A stretch of 64,000 bases of DNA from Candidatus Kaiserbacteria bacterium (GTDB taxonomy: Bacteria; Patescibacteriota; Minisyncoccia; Phycocordibacterales; UBA2100). Below the pieces are notes generated by a model that searched no databases, had not been told where the DNA came from, and saw only the letters and a program-made list of their open reading frames with translations. Positions within the stretch are counted from its first letter, which is position 1. Every line of letters begins with the position of its first letter. The stretch is taken from contig JACRFK010000010.1 of assembly GCA_016217925.1 (NCBI GenBank), positions 4,784 to 68,783 of the forward strand, in the 5' to 3' direction. This document shows positions 8,755 through 18,416 of the stretch, piece after piece. Made by a program: the position numbers and the translations under genes.

Positions 8755-10723
8755 AGTGAAATATTTTGTTTAGGAAACCACCGCCCACATTTGCCGCTGC
8801 GGCGGTTTGGGTGATAGGAACCGAAGTCGTGGGCGCAACTGATGGCGGGAGGACGCTTTTCTTTACAATGCTTTTCTTTTTCACGGGTTTTGGCGTCGTT
8901 AGTTTTGTTGAGGATGCGGTCGAGGACGCAGTCTCGATCGTCGTCGTGCTTGTTCCCAGTACAGTCGGCGTTACCGTTGCGACTACTTCTGGCGTTGACG
9001 TTGCGGTCGGTGGGGTCGTTGAAGCGGTCGCCTGTGTACTTGTAGCAGTTGAGGTTGCCGTGTTTTCCAGCACCCCTCCTCCAGAACTCGTTATTCCCTG
9101 GGCTGGCGGTCGGGAGAATGGCTGCAGCACTGTAAGCCAACTTTTGCCCGACGCCGCTGTGACCGCGTAGCTTGTGCTCCAGACGCGATTATCCGCCGTG
9201 TCGGTTGCCGGTCGTACGCCACCATCGGATTGTTGCGCACGCGCTATCGCATCCCCGGGGACGTATCCTCCGGAACTCGTATACGGAATTGCCCGCGTCG
9301 GGTCGCCCTCGTACGTGGAGTTAATCATCGTTTGTACCCAGCTCGTCGAGTCGACGGAACCCCAGCCTCCGTCCGCCTGCTGCGTCGAGACGAGGTATGC
9401 CTGTGCCTTTCCGAGGGATTGGCCGAGCGTTGATGATTTGATGCCCGGAGTGCCGAAGAGCAGTCCCACTGCTTGGGCGGCTGCAGCGGTCATGTCCGCG
9501 CTCCCGTCCCACGAGCCGTCCGGCCGCTGGGCCGAGAGGATGAATGCCGCTTCTTTTTGAATGATGGTATCGGACGGACCGTATCCGGCGCGTATAAGCG
9601 GGAAGATGGCAAAGATATCGTCGTTGTCGAGATTCGGGTCGCCGATTTGTGTGCCGTCAAACGCGCTCACGATAGGTGTGATGTAATCCATCGGCGTGCC
9701 CGAGTACGGATCGATGCCAAGTGCCTCGAGCGCCATCGCGTGCCGTTCGTAGTCGGTGATGCTAGAAAGCGCCGGTTTCGCTGAGAGCAGGTAATTACGC
9801 AGAAGTGTTTTCGATGCTCCGGGATCGCTCGCGGCAAACGCGAGGGCCGCCCAGTCGGTGAGGAGTGACGAGCTAAAGGATCCGTCGCCGTTTTGTTTTG
9901 ATGCGAGATAGGAAAGCGCCGAAGAAATGTTCAACGGATAGTGCGTTATACCACCAGTGCCTCCGCCGCCGGAGACCGGAGTGCCCGAGGGTGATGAATC
10001 GTCGGTCGTTGTCGCGGTAGAGGTAGCGATGAGGGACACGATGTGAAGCGTGACCTCTGACCCCAAGTTGTTGTCGGAGAAGTCGTGAAGTTGGAGCACG
10101 ATGGTATCGCCCGCCACGATCGGGAGTTGGCTCAGACCAAGACTAGCGAAACTTCCGTTCTGGTACAGTGCCCAATATTGACTACTCGGGTCCGCGGCAA
10201 CGCCGGCGAGTGCAGTAACAAAGAGACCAATGCTGGGGAACTGGTTTGAGAGTTGTGCGCTTGAGATGGAGCTGCTTGCAACTGCCGCCGAGAGCGCGCA
10301 GATACCGAGATAGGAAGTTGAAGAAGCGGCTTGGTAGTTGTGTACCACGGAGTCGGTATCGGTCACATTGCAGCTCGCAGGAACGTCTACCGATGCGTCG
10401 ATGCGCAGATATACGCCGACTTGCGAAGTCGTTGTTGCGGAATTGCCGGAGGCGTCCGTCGCGGTCCAGGTCACCGTGGTTGTGCCGAGCTGGAACGATT
10501 GAGGGGCATACGTCACGACTGGTGCGGAATCAATATCATCGGTCGCTGTTGCGGCGATAAGCAGCGACGATGCGGGGATAGCGGTGGCGGCGAACGTCTG
10601 TTCAACGGGCGCGGTAATGGTAGGCGCAGTCGTGTCAGGCGTCGTCGTGGCTTCATCGGCAAACGCGACGAACGGTATAAGGGTTGATGCAATGAGTGCG
10701 GCCAGGAAGAAATGAATTTTCAT
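8723..10723 (-). CDS. secreted/cell-surface protein with prenyltransferase/terpene-cyclase-like alpha-alpha-toroid repeats and Thr/Ser-rich low-complexity regions
   Basis: 666 aa. N-terminal signal peptide MKIHFFLAALIASTLIPFVAFA. TWTATDASGN is HYR-like. QxxDGxW repeats (QRPDGSW, QQADGGWG, QQSDGG) are present. The C-terminal half is long TS-rich with a hydrophobic tail. Confidence 0.7.
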   Translation of the reverse strand: MKIHFFLAALIASTLIPFVAFADEATTTPDTTAPTITAPVEQTFAATAIPASSLLIAATATDDIDSAPVVTYAPQSFQLGTTTVTWTATDASGNSATTTSQVGVYLRIDASVDVPASCNVTDTDSVVHNYQAASSTSYLGICALSAAVASSSISSAQLSNQFPSIGLFVTALAGVAADPSSQYWALYQNGSFASLGLSQLPIVAGDTIVLQLHDFSDNNLGSEVTLHIVSLIATSTATTTDDSSPSGTPVSGGGGTGGITHYPLNISSALSYLASKQNGDGSFSSSLLTDWAALAFAASDPGASKTLLRNYLLSAKPALSSITDYERHAMALEALGIDPYSGTPMDYITPIVSAFDGTQIGDPNLDNDDIFAIFPLIRAGYGPSDTIIQKEAAFILSAQRPDGSWDGSADMTAAAAQAVGLLFGTPGIKSSTLGQSLGKAQAYLVSTQQADGGWGSVDSTSWVQTMINSTYEGDPTRAIPYTSSGGYVPGDAIARAQQSDGGVRPATDTADNRVWSTSYAVTAASGKSWLTVLQPFSRPPAQGITSSGGGVLENTATSTATSTQATASTTPPTATSTPEVVATVTPTVLGTSTTTIETASSTASSTKLTTPKPVKKKSIVKKSVLPPSVAPTTSVPITQTAAAANVGGGFLNKIFHSISSFFSWLF

Positions 10724-10756
10724 ATATTTTTGAAACTGACAACTAATAATTAATAA

Positions 10757-11260
10757 CTAGTAACTAACCTCATCACGCCACTCAATCGCGTCGCCCGCGT
10801 TGAGTGTCATTTGAGAAGCCCCCGTGCCGGATAGTTTTCCGTTTACATACAGTATCCAGCTGTGGCCGCTCTCCGCTTTTCGCCCGTTGATGGATTCCAC
10901 AAAAAATCCGAGCGAAGGATACTCGCGGCCCGTGAATACGAAATTTGTCGTGGAGGTAAGGATCCTCATCGCATCGAGGACAGTAGAGCCTTGTGGCGCA
11001 AAGGCCGCATATGACTCTCCGGCGACCGAGAGCGTGACATTCGGCGTTGGCGGGGTTGCTGGAGTAAGTACTTCGAGTTCCTTACTCGGGGATTGAGGTT
11101 TGACCGCAATCTCCGGAGGTTTAACCTCCGGAGATTCGCCCGTTGCGGCTTTAGAAACAGCCGAAGCGGGAGTCGACGGCGCCAAGAAAGAGCGTTGCGT
11201 GGAATAGGAACCCACTGCGAGTAGAGTAACGATGACACCGAGCAATAAGTATCTTTTCAT
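10757..11260 (-). CDS. DUF4430 domain protein (secreted)
   Basis: Internal start MKRYLLLGVIVTLLAVG (aa 23 of the track ORF). C-terminal WILYVNGKLSGTGASQMTLNAGDAIEW matches the DUF4430 signature. Confidence 0.6.
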   Translation of the reverse strand: MKRYLLLGVIVTLLAVGSYSTQRSFLAPSTPASAVSKAATGESPEVKPPEIAVKPQSPSKELEVLTPATPPTPNVTLSVAGESYAAFAPQGSTVLDAMRILTSTTNFVFTGREYPSLGFFVESINGRKAESGHSWILYVNGKLSGTGASQMTLNAGDAIEWRDEVSY

Positions 11261-11552
11261 ACAACAAAAAATCCGCGGTCGAGCGGAGATTCTTAGTGCA
11301 TGCGCCGTATAAAAGTTCGGCCACACGTTCTCCTGCTCGGGAATGACAGTTGTTTGACGACCGGACTAACCTTTGCCCTTTTGGGCGAGCAGGTATTACC
11401 GTTGCGGCACAGTGGAGGAATTACACCTCACTTCCACAAACAACCGTGGACGCGCATTGTATTCTTCGTGGAATTACGCGCAAGTGGATAGCGCAGTGCG
11501 AAACGTCTTTCCTGAATGCGCAAGCCCTGCGCATGATATATAGTTAGCGTTT

Positions 11553-12632
11553 ATGAACGAGGTAATCGCAAGCCCCGCTTTTTTTATTGGCAGGGGCGCG
11601 GAAGCGGGAAACCTTATCTCGTTCGGTTCCGGGCAGCCCGACCTTCCTCCGCCGCCCGCGGCCTACAACGTCCTCGCAAGTTATCGCGGCTTCAAATACG
11701 GTCGCGTACAGGGAGAAGAGACCCTCCGGCAGGCGATAGCCAAGGAGTACCCGAACGCGACTCCGGAGCAGATAGTCGTCACCAACGGCGCCTCTGAGGC
11801 CATAGACCTCGTCTTGCGGGCGATATCGGTACCGGGTGGAAAGGTGGCACTCCCGCGCCCGTACTATTATTCGTACCCGCACAATGTGGAGCTTGCCGGC
11901 ATGACGCCCGTCTACTACGACCTCGTGGACGGCAAGATTGATTTTGACGCATTCGAAAAAGTGGTCCGGGGATGCCGTGCAGTCATGATAAATTCGCCCT
12001 CGAATCCCACGGGGACCGTGCAGGAAGTGGCGACGCTCAAAAAGGTGGAGAAGCTTTGCGGCGATCTCGGCATCTACATACTTTCCGACGAGGTGTACAA
12101 GGACCTCATTTATGTGCGTGAGAATTATTTATTGACGGGCAAGCGCGTCGTGACCATCAATTCTTTTTCCAAGACCTATGCCATGTGCGGATTCCGTCTC
12201 GGCTATTTTCATACGTTCGACGAGAAGCTCGTTGAGGATGTGGTCGAGATGAAATCGCACACCTCGATGAATACTTCCATCGGGAGCCAGGCAATGGGGC
12301 TCGCCGCGATGAAAGAGCGCGATACCTACGTTCCTGCGCATCTGCCGATATGGGAAGAGCGCCGCGATCTCATGTACAAAGGCATGTGCGAGCTTGACCT
12401 CGACCTCTGGAAACCCGAGGGCGCATTTTACGTGTTCCCGAAATTCAGGGATGCCACGCGCGCGATGCACGACCTCTACTACAACTACGACGTCATCACC
12501 TACGACGGCACGTGGTTCGGTGCTCCGAAACGCCTGCGTTTCAGCTACGCGCTAGACGTGGCAAAGATCGAGGAGGGGCTCAAACGCGTCGGGAAGTTTT
12601 TGGAGAACGAATATAAAACGTATCCTGCATGA
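11553..12632 (+). CDS. PLP-dependent aminotransferase, class I/II fold
   Basis: 359 aa. INSPSNPTG and SFSKTYAMCGFRLGY (PLP-lysine region) are present. Confidence 0.85.
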   Translation: MNEVIASPAFFIGRGAEAGNLISFGSGQPDLPPPPAAYNVLASYRGFKYGRVQGEETLRQAIAKEYPNATPEQIVVTNGASEAIDLVLRAISVPGGKVALPRPYYYSYPHNVELAGMTPVYYDLVDGKIDFDAFEKVVRGCRAVMINSPSNPTGTVQEVATLKKVEKLCGDLGIYILSDEVYKDLIYVRENYLLTGKRVVTINSFSKTYAMCGFRLGYFHTFDEKLVEDVVEMKSHTSMNTSIGSQAMGLAAMKERDTYVPAHLPIWEERRDLMYKGMCELDLDLWKPEGAFYVFPKFRDATRAMHDLYYNYDVITYDGTWFGAPKRLRFSYALDVAKIEEGLKRVGKFLENEYKTYPA

Positions 12633-13444
12633 TAGGTTTTTTTGATTCCGGATTCGGCGGTTTGCATGTACTCCGGGGGATTACCAAGCGTCTCCCCGGG
12701 TACGATTACATCTATCTGGGCGATAGCGCGCGGGCGCCGTACGGACCGCGCTCTTCGGAGGAAGTGTATGCATATACAAAACAGGGAGTGGAATTCCTCT
12801 TCGCACACGGGGCCGAGCTCGTCGTGCTCGCCTGCAATACGGCCTCGAGCGAGGCGCTGCGCAAGATTCAGCAGGAATATCTGCGTGAGGGGAGTCCGAA
12901 AAAGGTACTCGGAGTTCTTATCCCTTTTGCGGAAGCGGCCGCGGCGCGCACGAAAAATAAACGGGTCGGCGTCATGGCGACGGAAGGAACAGTGCGCTCA
13001 GACGCGTTCAAGCGGGAAATAACGAAAGCCGATAGCACGATTCAAGTTTCCCAACAGGCATGCCCGCTCCTCGTGCCGCTTGTTGAGGCGGGGGAGCAGG
13101 ATTCCGCCCGCGCGGACGAACTCATCCGCGGATACGTGGCCCCGCTGCTCGAAAAAAATATCGACACATTGGTCTTGGGTTGCACGCATTACGGAATATT
13201 GGAAGGAAAGATCCGGGCAGCTGTCGGGCCGGACATAAAGATCATTTCCGAAGAGGACGTTATGCCCGACGGTCTCGCATCGTATCTGAATCGACACCCT
13301 GAAGTAGAGCAACGCGTCGAGAAAAAGGGGACGGTACGGTTTTATTGCACGGGCGACACAAAGGCCTTTAACACCCTCGGTACCGTCTTTTTCGAAAAAG
13401 CAGTAGAAGCGGAACAGGTGACTCTTGGTGCGCAGGCGGTATAG
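12629..13444 (+). CDS. murI: glutamate racemase
   Basis: 271 aa. FFDSGFGG, VLACNTAS and LGCTHY motifs. Start overlaps the upstream stop (ATGA). Confidence 0.9.
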   Translation: MIGFFDSGFGGLHVLRGITKRLPGYDYIYLGDSARAPYGPRSSEEVYAYTKQGVEFLFAHGAELVVLACNTASSEALRKIQQEYLREGSPKKVLGVLIPFAEAAAARTKNKRVGVMATEGTVRSDAFKREITKADSTIQVSQQACPLLVPLVEAGEQDSARADELIRGYVAPLLEKNIDTLVLGCTHYGILEGKIRAAVGPDIKIISEEDVMPDGLASYLNRHPEVEQRVEKKGTVRFYCTGDTKAFNTLGTVFFEKAVEAEQVTLGAQAV

Positions 13445-13451
13445 TGGCTTT

Positions 13452-14843
13452 ATGAGCTACGCGGACGACTTCAACAATAAACGGATTACGGTGCTCGGAT
13501 TGGGACTCCTGGGGCGTGGGATCGGTGATGTGGAATTCCTGGCGAAATGCGGCGCGGAAGTCTTGGTCACGGACAAAAAAACGGAGGCGGAACTTGCGGG
13601 GTCCGTGGCAAAGTTGAAAAAATATGCCAATGTCACCTTCAAACTCGGCGGGCACGATGCGGAAGATTTCTCCTCCGGAGGAGGATCCGCCTTCGGCGGA
13701 AAAGGACCCGACATGGTGTTGAAGGCTGCGGGCGTGCCGCTTGACTCGAAAGAGGTAGCGGCCGCACGTGCCGCGGGCATTCCTGTAGCGATGTCGACTG
13801 CGCTCTTCGCGAAGTACGCAATGGATGCGGGAGCAAAAATCGTCGGCGTGACGGGGACGCGCGGCAAGACGACCGTTGCGCATATGATCTACCACACTCT
13901 GGAGAGCGGAATGCCCGGACGGGGCAAGGGATTTCCGGAATTTTCTGATAGAGCGCCGCGGCCTTTTTTGGGCGGCAATATTCGCGGTATTTCAACGCTT
14001 GCCATGTTGCCGGACGTCAAAAGAGGGGACATTGCGGTTCTGGAACTTGATTCATGGCAGCTGCAAGGATTCGGCGACCTCAAAATGAGTCCTGATATAA
14101 GCATTTTCACGAACCTCATGCCCGACCATCAGAATTATTACAAAGACATGGACGAGTATTTCAGGGATAAGGCAAATATTTTCCGGTATCAAAAGGTCGG
14201 CGGCGTTCTCGTCGTCGGGGGAGAGATTGCGGATAAAGTTCGTGCCGAGCAATCCCCGCTCGACCCCGTCGTTCCGGAAAAGATACCATCGGACTGGAAA
14301 TTGCGGGTCGTTGGCGAACACAACCGGGAGAATGCATCGTTCGCGAATGCGGCGCTTCAGGCACTCGGGCTCCCGGACGACGAGATTAAGGCGGGACTTG
14401 AGTCGTTCGAAGGAGTCGAAGGGCGCCTGCAGTTCGTACGCGAAGTGAACGGCGTGAAAATCTACAACGACAACAATGCGACGACGCCCGAGGCGACCAT
14501 CGCCGCTTTGCGGGCCCTCGGGGGAAATATCACGCTCATTACCGGCGGTTCCGAGAAGGGTCTGGCACTTGAAGAATTGGTTTCAGAAATAAAAAAGCGC
14601 GTTTCGAACGTTATTCTTCTCACGCACCCGAATTACCAAGGCTCGGAACGGCTCGCGGGTGTTCTCAAGAAGGCGGGTATTCCTTACGACGAGGCACGTG
14701 AACTCACGGCGGCCGTGACTTCCGCGCTAGAAAAAACAAAAACGGGGACCATATTATTCAGTCCCGCATTCGCATCGTTCGGTATGTTCAAGAATGAATA
14801 TGAACGCAACGACCAGTTTTTGGAGCTTGTGCACCGCGCCTGA
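13452..14843 (+). CDS. murD: UDP-N-acetylmuramoyl-L-alanine--D-glutamate ligase
   Basis: First ATG of track ORF 13425 (the track start is TTG). GVTGTRGKTT P-loop, DNNATTPEAT and GGSEKG are present. Sits next to murI, the D-Glu supplier. Confidence 0.85.
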   Translation: MSYADDFNNKRITVLGLGLLGRGIGDVEFLAKCGAEVLVTDKKTEAELAGSVAKLKKYANVTFKLGGHDAEDFSSGGGSAFGGKGPDMVLKAAGVPLDSKEVAAARAAGIPVAMSTALFAKYAMDAGAKIVGVTGTRGKTTVAHMIYHTLESGMPGRGKGFPEFSDRAPRPFLGGNIRGISTLAMLPDVKRGDIAVLELDSWQLQGFGDLKMSPDISIFTNLMPDHQNYYKDMDEYFRDKANIFRYQKVGGVLVVGGEIADKVRAEQSPLDPVVPEKIPSDWKLRVVGEHNRENASFANAALQALGLPDDEIKAGLESFEGVEGRLQFVREVNGVKIYNDNNATTPEATIAALRALGGNITLITGGSEKGLALEELVSEIKKRVSNVILLTHPNYQGSERLAGVLKKAGIPYDEARELTAAVTSALEKTKTGTILFSPAFASFGMFKNEYERNDQFLELVHRA

Positions 14844-14849
14844 ATCCGT

Positions 14850-15839
14850 CTAGAAAATAAAGTTCGCGATGTAGGCGGCGAAGAATGCGATGATGCCGCA
14901 GATGGGGAAGGTCATGAACCAGCCCTTCACGACGGTGCCGAGAACTCCCCACCGCACGTCGCCCGTCCGTCGCGACGAGCTCGCGCCCGCGATCGCCGAG
15001 GTAATCGTGTGTGTCGTCGAAAGCGGCACGCCGAAGACCGACGCCGCGATAATGGTCGAAGACGCCGCGCTCGTCGCGACAAAACCCTGCCACGATTTGA
15101 TGTTGACCATGCGTTTGCCGATGGTCGCGATGATGCGCCAACCGCCGAGTGATGTGCCGAGTCCCATCGTGAGTCCGCAAAGCACGATGACCCACCACTG
15201 TATGTGGAACGCGGGTATCTGCGCGCCAAGAACCAGTACGAGCGTGAAAATACCGATGAATTTTTGTCCGTCGTTCATACCGTGTGCGAATGCCATGGTG
15301 CCGGCGGTGAAAATGTGCGCGATATCAAAACCTGTCTTTGCGCGCCGCGGAGAGCATGACGCGGCGAACATCATGACGACCTTGCTCAGGAGGAATGCAA
15401 GACCAAAACCCGCGATGACCGACAGGAGCATGCCGATACCAATTTTCAGCCAGCCTGCCAAGAGGAGTGCGCCGAATCCGCCGCCGGCGATAGCCGCTCC
15501 CGCAAGGCCCGCCACGAGCGCGTGCGATTTACTGATGGGGAGGCCGCGGTGTGCCGCAAAAGCGCCCCAGGCGATGATGGCGACCATCGCCGCCGCAATT
15601 GCGGGTACCGTGACGGAATCGGTCGTCACGATTCCTTTGCCTATCGTCGCCGCGACCGCCGTCCCCGACATGGCGCCCGCGATATTGAGAACGACGGCCA
15701 TCGGCACCGCCATGCTAAGCGGTAGCGTGCTCGTCGAGACCACGGTCGCAATGGCATTGGGCGCGTCGGTCCAGCCGTTGATGAATTCTGCCGCGAGCAC
15801 CAAAAGCAGTGCCACGCCGAGGAGAATGAGCGCGGTCAT
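14850..15839 (-). CDS. inorganic phosphate transporter, PiT family
   Basis: 329 aa, polytopic. AHGMNDGQKF and internal-repeat motifs are typical of PF01384. Confidence 0.85.
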   Translation of the reverse strand: MTALILLGVALLLVLAAEFINGWTDAPNAIATVVSTSTLPLSMAVPMAVVLNIAGAMSGTAVAATIGKGIVTTDSVTVPAIAAAMVAIIAWGAFAAHRGLPISKSHALVAGLAGAAIAGGGFGALLLAGWLKIGIGMLLSVIAGFGLAFLLSKVVMMFAASCSPRRAKTGFDIAHIFTAGTMAFAHGMNDGQKFIGIFTLVLVLGAQIPAFHIQWWVIVLCGLTMGLGTSLGGWRIIATIGKRMVNIKSWQGFVATSAASSTIIAASVFGVPLSTTHTITSAIAGASSSRRTGDVRWGVLGTVVKGWFMTFPICGIIAFFAAYIANFIF

Positions 15840-16477
15840 GCTTCTTTTCTTGCGATGGAAAGAATGAGCGTCCCGCAGTGATTGGCGGTATCGGTCACGT
15901 CTTCGAGCATACGGAACAGGTTGTCGTGTGCAATAAATGCGAGGGGGTCAGCGGCGATTTTCTTGTCGCCCACGAGCGCTTTCTCCGCTTTATGGAGAAT
16001 GGCGTCCGCTCCGGCTTCCGATTTTGCAAGGTGACGCGTGTACTCCTTGACGCGCGCGAGTTCGAGCCGGCGCTCTTTCAGCAGTGTCGTGAGTTGCAGC
16101 ACCGTTGCGCTCATGTCCTCGATGGTTTCCATGAGCTCATGCGCCTCGGGGCGCAAATGTTCCAGATAGGGTTTGTAGGTGTCCACATGCGTCGCGATAT
16201 GGCGCATGCCGTCGAGCGTATTGTCGAGCGTGTTCGCGAGGTTGGCGATGTCGGATTTGTCGAAGCGGAGGATAAATGCGCTGTCGAGTATCTCGTGGAT
16301 GCGCTGCTCGGTCATATCACCCTCCCGTTCAAAAGCGACAATCTCCGGAAGGGCGCTGCCCTCGCTTTTTTGGAGCACCTCGGCGCATGCCGATGCAATC
16401 TCCGCCTGCCGCCGCAAGAGGTCGGTGATATTGCCGTTTTCGGACCGGCCGAAGAAACGTTCGAGCGAGTTCTTCAC
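15836..16477 (-). CDS. DUF47/PhoU-like protein (PiT-associated regulator)
   Basis: 213 aa, helical, overlapping and co-oriented with PiT, which is the classic pairing. GTG start. Confidence 0.7.
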   Translation of the reverse strand: MKNSLERFFGRSENGNITDLLRRQAEIASACAEVLQKSEGSALPEIVAFEREGDMTEQRIHEILDSAFILRFDKSDIANLANTLDNTLDGMRHIATHVDTYKPYLEHLRPEAHELMETIEDMSATVLQLTTLLKERRLELARVKEYTRHLAKSEAGADAILHKAEKALVGDKKIAADPLAFIAHDNLFRMLEDVTDTANHCGTLILSIARKEA

Positions 16478-16537
16478 CTCAACGTTATAGCACCGTCCCC
16501 CCTGTTAGGCGAGTGGATAAAAGGTGCGCGAAAGTAT

Positions 16538-16921
16538 TCAGGCGGAGGGCAGACGAAGCATAAGCGTTTCGATACCCTTGCGCATGCTTTTGCTTGTTTC
16601 GGGGTCGTTTTGAAGGTCCTTAATGGTTTCCTGCAGGCGGCTGTCGATGCCGTTACTGTTGTCGAAAAGGTACGAAGGAAATTCCTCAAAGCGCTCGAAG
16701 TACTCTACGAAAATAGACTTGCGGAGCTTTGCATTCAAGCTCGTTGCAGCGGCTTTCAATTCTTCGAAATTGAATTTCGGTTTCTTGTCCGCGTGAGCCA
16801 TTTCCGCATTGTATATCCTTTCCGGGTTCAGCGATATCTCCGTCTCCTTCGGCGAGTGACGCGCATGCGTGGAGTAACGGTGTAAAATATGAAGATGGCG
16901 GAGAGTTTCTTCACACGGCAT
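16538..16921 (-). CDS. hypothetical protein (start uncertain; alternative ATG gives a 16801 end)
   Basis: 127-aa ORF. An internal Met at aa 41 would avoid overlap with the divergent gene at 16889. Confidence 0.3.
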   Translation of the reverse strand: MPCEETLRHLHILHRYSTHARHSPKETEISLNPERIYNAEMAHADKKPKFNFEELKAAATSLNAKLRKSIFVEYFERFEEFPSYLFDNSNGIDSRLQETIKDLQNDPETSKSMRKGIETLMLRLPSA

Positions 16922-18367
16922 ACCAAGGAAAGATTCTCGGGGAAAACCAAGGAGCAGACTGAGTTACTGCGTCGTCGGGAACTCGCATACGATACTGCTG
17001 CGCTGGAGGAAGCGGCGGGACCGCTTGAAAAAATTGCAGGACAGCAGTTGCGCAAGGTCGTAGAAAAAGGTCTTGAAGATCCGGAATCCTACGAGCGCTT
17101 CGTCCCGCATTTCGAGCAATGTACCGATGCACCTGTACTTACGCTCGTCTTCGGTTCGCTTGATGATCCCGCCTACATAGACCAATCTCCGAACGAGCGA
17201 CCCGAACTTTTAACGACGTTGTATCAATCGGTGGTGGAGAAGAAAGTACCAAAACTTGGAACTCTGGCGCAAGCGGCGTTCACATTGCCAATCATGTCGG
17301 ACATGTATCCCGCCGAAGGCTTACGGTGCACGTTTCGCGGCCCTGCGGCGCGTGCAGCGTCTTCAGCTGAGCAGTTAAATCGCATGGGGCAGGCGGTCTT
17401 GGAGGGAGCCTTAGAGGTGGCGGAGAATTTCTTGGAAATCCATGGACCCGATGCGAAGATAAACGTATGGGGTTTTTCGGCGGGGACGCAAGATGCCATG
17501 TTCGTGACCCGATTCTTGGGGGATATGTTGGGGCGCCCTGTTGATGACTGCACGCTCGTCTCGCCGGGCCTGGGCATGGGTTTGGGAATATTCGCGGCAT
17601 GGCCGGTCAATCTTGCCGCAGACAAGCTGCGGGAGAAGGGATTCACGCCACAGTCATTTCATGAGGCCACATACAAATATTCACAAGAAGCGCAATTAAA
17701 AGAGGGCAAGAACAATCCCCGTGGACGTAATTTTAAGGTGATATATGGCACGAGCGATACCATCATTCCTCCGTTCCAGCCGGGGGGCACGATAGACTTT
17801 ATCAACCTTGCAAGAAAACAGGGACTTGCGCCGACGGTCATCGAATATAAGGGGCTCGACCACATCACGATGCCCGGAGAACTCATGTGGCAAAAAGCGT
17901 ATGGCAACGACCCTACCTTCGAGCGCAACCGGCCGAGCCTGTGGTCAATTCCGGAAACATACTCGGACCCTCTTTGCATCCGCAAGCTCGACGACATCTT
18001 TTCGCGCTTTTCAGCGGAGGAGCTGCCGTTCTTCGCCGAATTGGTGAGCGAGCGTAATGGAATGACCATCATGGACGACATGGAGCCGCATATGCATGCT
18101 ATCGCGGACTGGCTCGTCAAACACGAAATCTGCAACGTCGCTACCGGTCCGCGGTATTTGTGGGTGAGGAATAAGGAGGATCTGGTCGACAAGATAGACC
18201 CGTCCATCAAATCGTTTCGAAAACAGATCGTCGCGCACGAGTTGCCCCGCGTCTTGAGAGAGTTGAGCGCGATCGATCACGACGAGAGCTTCAAGCCACT
18301 GTATGAAATGACGCAAGAAGAGAAGAGGCCGAAACTTATTAGCGAGGCGAATTCGCAAACGGGGTGA
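16889..18367 (+). CDS. hypothetical protein with alpha/beta-hydrolase-like catalytic triad signature
   Basis: 492 aa. Nucleophile elbow GFSAG (VWGFSAGTQDA), then GTSDTIIPP (Asp) and GLDHITMP (His) in canonical order. Confidence 0.5.
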   Translation: MKMAESFFTRHTKERFSGKTKEQTELLRRRELAYDTAALEEAAGPLEKIAGQQLRKVVEKGLEDPESYERFVPHFEQCTDAPVLTLVFGSLDDPAYIDQSPNERPELLTTLYQSVVEKKVPKLGTLAQAAFTLPIMSDMYPAEGLRCTFRGPAARAASSAEQLNRMGQAVLEGALEVAENFLEIHGPDAKINVWGFSAGTQDAMFVTRFLGDMLGRPVDDCTLVSPGLGMGLGIFAAWPVNLAADKLREKGFTPQSFHEATYKYSQEAQLKEGKNNPRGRNFKVIYGTSDTIIPPFQPGGTIDFINLARKQGLAPTVIEYKGLDHITMPGELMWQKAYGNDPTFERNRPSLWSIPETYSDPLCIRKLDDIFSRFSAEELPFFAELVSERNGMTIMDDMEPHMHAIADWLVKHEICNVATGPRYLWVRNKEDLVDKIDPSIKSFRKQIVAHELPRVLRELSAIDHDESFKPLYEMTQEEKRPKLISEANSQTG

Positions 18368-18416
18368 GGTTGCCGCGTCGCTGTCTTAGGCGTTGCAAGT
18401 ATTCTATACTGCGCCC

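Noticed and set aside
8553-9170. ORFs 8553-9140 (minus) and 8766-9170 (plus) inside the surface-protein gene.
   Set aside because: Alternative frames of the Thr/Ser-rich low-complexity region. The main frame carries a signal peptide and recognizable repeats.
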